From NCBI GenBank assembly GCA_964644695.1, contig CAZXWN010000013.1, positions 52,934 through 72,933 on the forward strand: a stretch of 20,000 bases of DNA, in the 5' to 3' direction. Source of the stretch: an uncultured bacterium. GTDB lineage: Bacteria > UBP4 > UBA4092. Shown one piece after another: positions 17,497-20,000 of the stretch. The notes under the pieces were generated by a model. The model had not been told where the DNA came from, ran no database searches, and saw only the letters and a program-made list of their open reading frames with translations. Position 1 is the first letter of the stretch, and every line of letters begins with the position of its first letter. Made by a program: the position numbers and the translations under genes.

Positions 17497-18390
17497 ATGG
17501 AAAAAGAGACTATGGCCCTGATTTATTCGATAGCGAACCAGAAAGGCGGCGTTGGAAAGACAACGACGGCCGTGAACCTGGCTGCCGGTCTTGCGGCGGC
17601 GAAGAAGAAGGTCTTATTAGTAGATATAGACCCTCAGGGAAATGCCACTTCAGGTGTTGGAGTAGATAAAAATGAAGTGGAATATACAATATATGATTTA
17701 TTAATGGGGAATGCGGGCCTCGACCAGGTGAAACAGACCACCTGTGTACCGGGATTAGATGTCGTTCCCGCCAACAGTTCACTTTCGGGAGCGCAGGTCG
17801 AGTTAGTTGAGATGGAAGACCGGGATACCCGGTTAAAATCTGTTTTAGCCCCTGCTCTATCCCAATACGACTATATATTTATAGACACTCCGCCGTCTCT
17901 CGGATTATTAACCTTAAACTCTCTGGTTTCGGCCAACCGCCTAGTGGTTCCCCTGCAGTGCGAATATTATGCATTAGAGGGTCTGGGTCAGTTAGTAGAG
18001 ACAATCAATCTGATCAAAGAGTCAATCAATTCGGGTTTAGAGATGGCCGGGGTCATATTAACAATGTATGACGGCCGGATGAACCTCACCAGTCAGGTAG
18101 AGAAGGAAGTAAGGGACTTTTTCCCGGGGAAAGTCTTTGAGACGGTTATTCCGAGGAATATCCGGTTGGCGGAAGCCCCCAGTTATGGTCAGCCGATATT
18201 TTTATATGATTTTAAATCAGCAGGTTCTCAGGCCTACATCGCCTTAGTTCAAGAATTCATTAATCGGGAAGAGCAAGTTGCTGTGGCTCCGGAAGATTTA
18301 GCTCCGGCTTTAGAAGAGACCCCGGAACCGGCTGTCATTGAAGAAGAAAAGACCGAAAACGCTGTTGCAGTGGAGGATAATCCCCAATGA
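17497..18390 (+). CDS. parA: Chromosome partitioning ATPase ParA/Soj
   Basis: 297 aa; deviant Walker A NQKGGVGKTTT, DIDPQGNAT, IDTPPSLG, QCEYYALEG, IPRNIRLAEAPSYG. The start could be 17512. Confidence 0.96.
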   Translation: MEKETMALIYSIANQKGGVGKTTTAVNLAAGLAAAKKKVLLVDIDPQGNATSGVGVDKNEVEYTIYDLLMGNAGLDQVKQTTCVPGLDVVPANSSLSGAQVELVEMEDRDTRLKSVLAPALSQYDYIFIDTPPSLGLLTLNSLVSANRLVVPLQCEYYALEGLGQLVETINLIKESINSGLEMAGVILTMYDGRMNLTSQVEKEVRDFFPGKVFETVIPRNIRLAEAPSYGQPIFLYDFKSAGSQAYIALVQEFINREEQVAVAPEDLAPALEETPEPAVIEEEKTENAVAVEDNPQ

Positions 18391-19289
18391 ACGCCAAAAA
18401 ACCCGCTTTAGGAAAGGGATTAGGTGCCCTAATCCAGAAAAATAGTGCCAAACCGGCTCCAAAACCGGCCGTTTCCGTCCATAAACCCGAAGAAATCACC
18501 AAAGAGACCCCTGGAGTGAAGGACATAGCGCTGGACCAGATCAAACCGAACCGATACCAGCCCCGCCGGGAATTTGCTGCCGAAGCATTAAAGGACCTGA
18601 CCGCTTCCATTAAAGAAAAGGGAGTCATCACTCCCATATTAGTTCGGAAGGCGCAACGGGGTTATGAAATCATTGCCGGTGAACGGCGTTTTCGGGCCTC
18701 CCAACTGGCAGGGTTAACGGTTATACCGGCCCTTGTCCGTGAAGTAACCGATGAAGAAGCCCTGGAGCTGGCCATCATAGAAAACATTCAGCGGGAGAAC
18801 CTGAACCCGATAGAAGAGGCCAAAGCCTACCGCCAACTCACTTTTGAATTTGAACTGACCCATGATGAAATTTCTCAGAAAGTGGGTAAGGAACGGTCCA
18901 CGGTTTCGAATATGATGCGATTATTGGAATTACCCGATGCGGTTCAGAAAATGGTAATTTCCAATCAAATTTCGATGGGTCATGCCCGATGTTTATTAGG
19001 TTTGGCGACGCAGCCTCAAATGGAAGAAGTTGCTAACTCTATTATTAACAAAGGTTTAAGTGTAAGACTCACGGAAGAAATCGTCCGAAAGCTGAAGGAA
19101 CCCCGGAAGGCTAAGGAATTAAAACCGGCCGATCCCAATCTGATGGATTTAGAGAACAAGCTCCGTCAGGGTTTGGGAACGCGGGTGAAACTGGTCGCAA
19201 AAGGTAAGGGTGGCCAAATCATCATTGATTTTGGATCCCATGAAGAATTTCAGAGATTGTACATGGCGTTGACCCGCCAGCAGGGGTGA
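18387..19289 (+). CDS. parB: Chromosome partitioning CTPase ParB/Spo0J
   Basis: 300 aa; ParA-activating LGKGLGALI, NRYQPR, CTP-binding GERRFRA, ENIQRENLNPIEEA, HTH, MGHAR; ATGA overlap with parA. Confidence 0.96.
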   Translation: MNAKKPALGKGLGALIQKNSAKPAPKPAVSVHKPEEITKETPGVKDIALDQIKPNRYQPRREFAAEALKDLTASIKEKGVITPILVRKAQRGYEIIAGERRFRASQLAGLTVIPALVREVTDEEALELAIIENIQRENLNPIEEAKAYRQLTFEFELTHDEISQKVGKERSTVSNMMRLLELPDAVQKMVISNQISMGHARCLLGLATQPQMEEVANSIINKGLSVRLTEEIVRKLKEPRKAKELKPADPNLMDLENKLRQGLGTRVKLVAKGKGGQIIIDFGSHEEFQRLYMALTRQQG

Positions 19290-19296
19290 TTGAACG

Positions 19297-19818
19297 ATGG
19301 TTGTAAGAGATAACTTATTTGTACCCAACAAGATGAATTATGCCAAAGGGAATCGTCCGCAGGTAGAATGTATTTTGTGCGCCATATTAGATGGCAATCC
19401 GGATGTTAAAACCCTATTAGTTCATCGGAGTTCACATTTTGCGGTTACGATGAATCTATATCCCTATAATGCCGGACATTTAATGATATTTCCCACCCGG
19501 CACATAAAGGACCCGAGGGAGTTTAATACAGAGGAAGTATTGGAATTAAACGAGTTACAGAACATATCCCTTGACATATTGGAAGAACTGTACACACCAT
19601 ACGGGTTTAATATAGGGTGTAATCTGGGGAAGGCCTCAGGCCAGAGTATCCCTCATATCCATTTCCACATTGTTCCCCGGTATCCGACGGAAGTCGGGTT
19701 CATTGATATTATTGGGGGCGCAAAGATCATCGTGGAAGATCCTCATGTGTCCCAACAGAAAATAAAGAAGGCTTTTGAGGAGTACTTTGCGAAACACCAG
19801 AAGACAGACAGCCCATAG
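19297..19818 (+). CDS. HIT-family nucleotide hydrolase/phosphorylase (Ap4A phosphorylase-like)
   Basis: 173 aa; CILC, NLYPYNAGHLM, GFNIGCNLG, histidine triad HIHFH-IVPR; starts 7 nt after the parB stop. Confidence 0.9.
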   Translation: MVVRDNLFVPNKMNYAKGNRPQVECILCAILDGNPDVKTLLVHRSSHFAVTMNLYPYNAGHLMIFPTRHIKDPREFNTEEVLELNELQNISLDILEELYTPYGFNIGCNLGKASGQSIPHIHFHIVPRYPTEVGFIDIIGGAKIIVEDPHVSQQKIKKAFEEYFAKHQKTDSP

Positions 19819-19837
19819 AGTTAGTTCATATAGAATT

Positions 19838-19880
19838 CAAAAGGGTCGCCGGTTGAGAAACCGACGGCCCTTTATATTTT
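19838..19880. terminator. Probable bidirectional terminator
   Basis: AAAGGGTCGCCGGTT-gaga-AACCGACGGCCCTTT, flanked by an A-run on the left and a T-rich tract on the right. Confidence 0.75.
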
Positions 19881-20000
19881 ATAACTCTAATATTATCAGT
19901 TATCTATATGTATCCTGATTATTCGGCGAGGTGTTTATCATGGAAGGGTAGAACAGGGGGTTATTTGCAATCCAGCGCCAGGTATGGAATAGCCAGAGGA

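Noticed and set aside
19900-20000. Possible 3' end of a minus-strand gene (e.g. ...WRWIANNPLFYPSMINTSPNNQDTYR*) converging on the terminator
   Set aside because: All three minus-strand frames are open at the window edge and too short to decide.

Overview
Bacterial chromosomal window that appears to contain the replication/segregation origin region. Left part: two tandem sialate O-acetylesterase paralogs (the first is 5'-truncated), then dapB, a VOC-family gene, pyrC and a small hypothetical exported protein. Middle: two tandem, secreted ~1050-aa papain-family (C1A) proteases with a Cwp84-like lectin domain and a ~560-aa C-terminal region I do not recognise, which contains a hidden tandem pair of jelly-roll/CBM-like modules; then a SAM methyltransferase and a GT-C-type membrane glycosyltransferase. 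Right: a ~640-bp intergenic region (15865-16506) packed with DnaA boxes and a BUS-like element (tandem boxes, GC spacer, trio-like repeats), i.e. a likely oriC that is not next to dnaA/dnaN. It is followed by an SGNH hydrolase, two identical consensus parS sites and a parA-parB-HIT operon. All family assignments come from motif recognition by eye; no database search was run.
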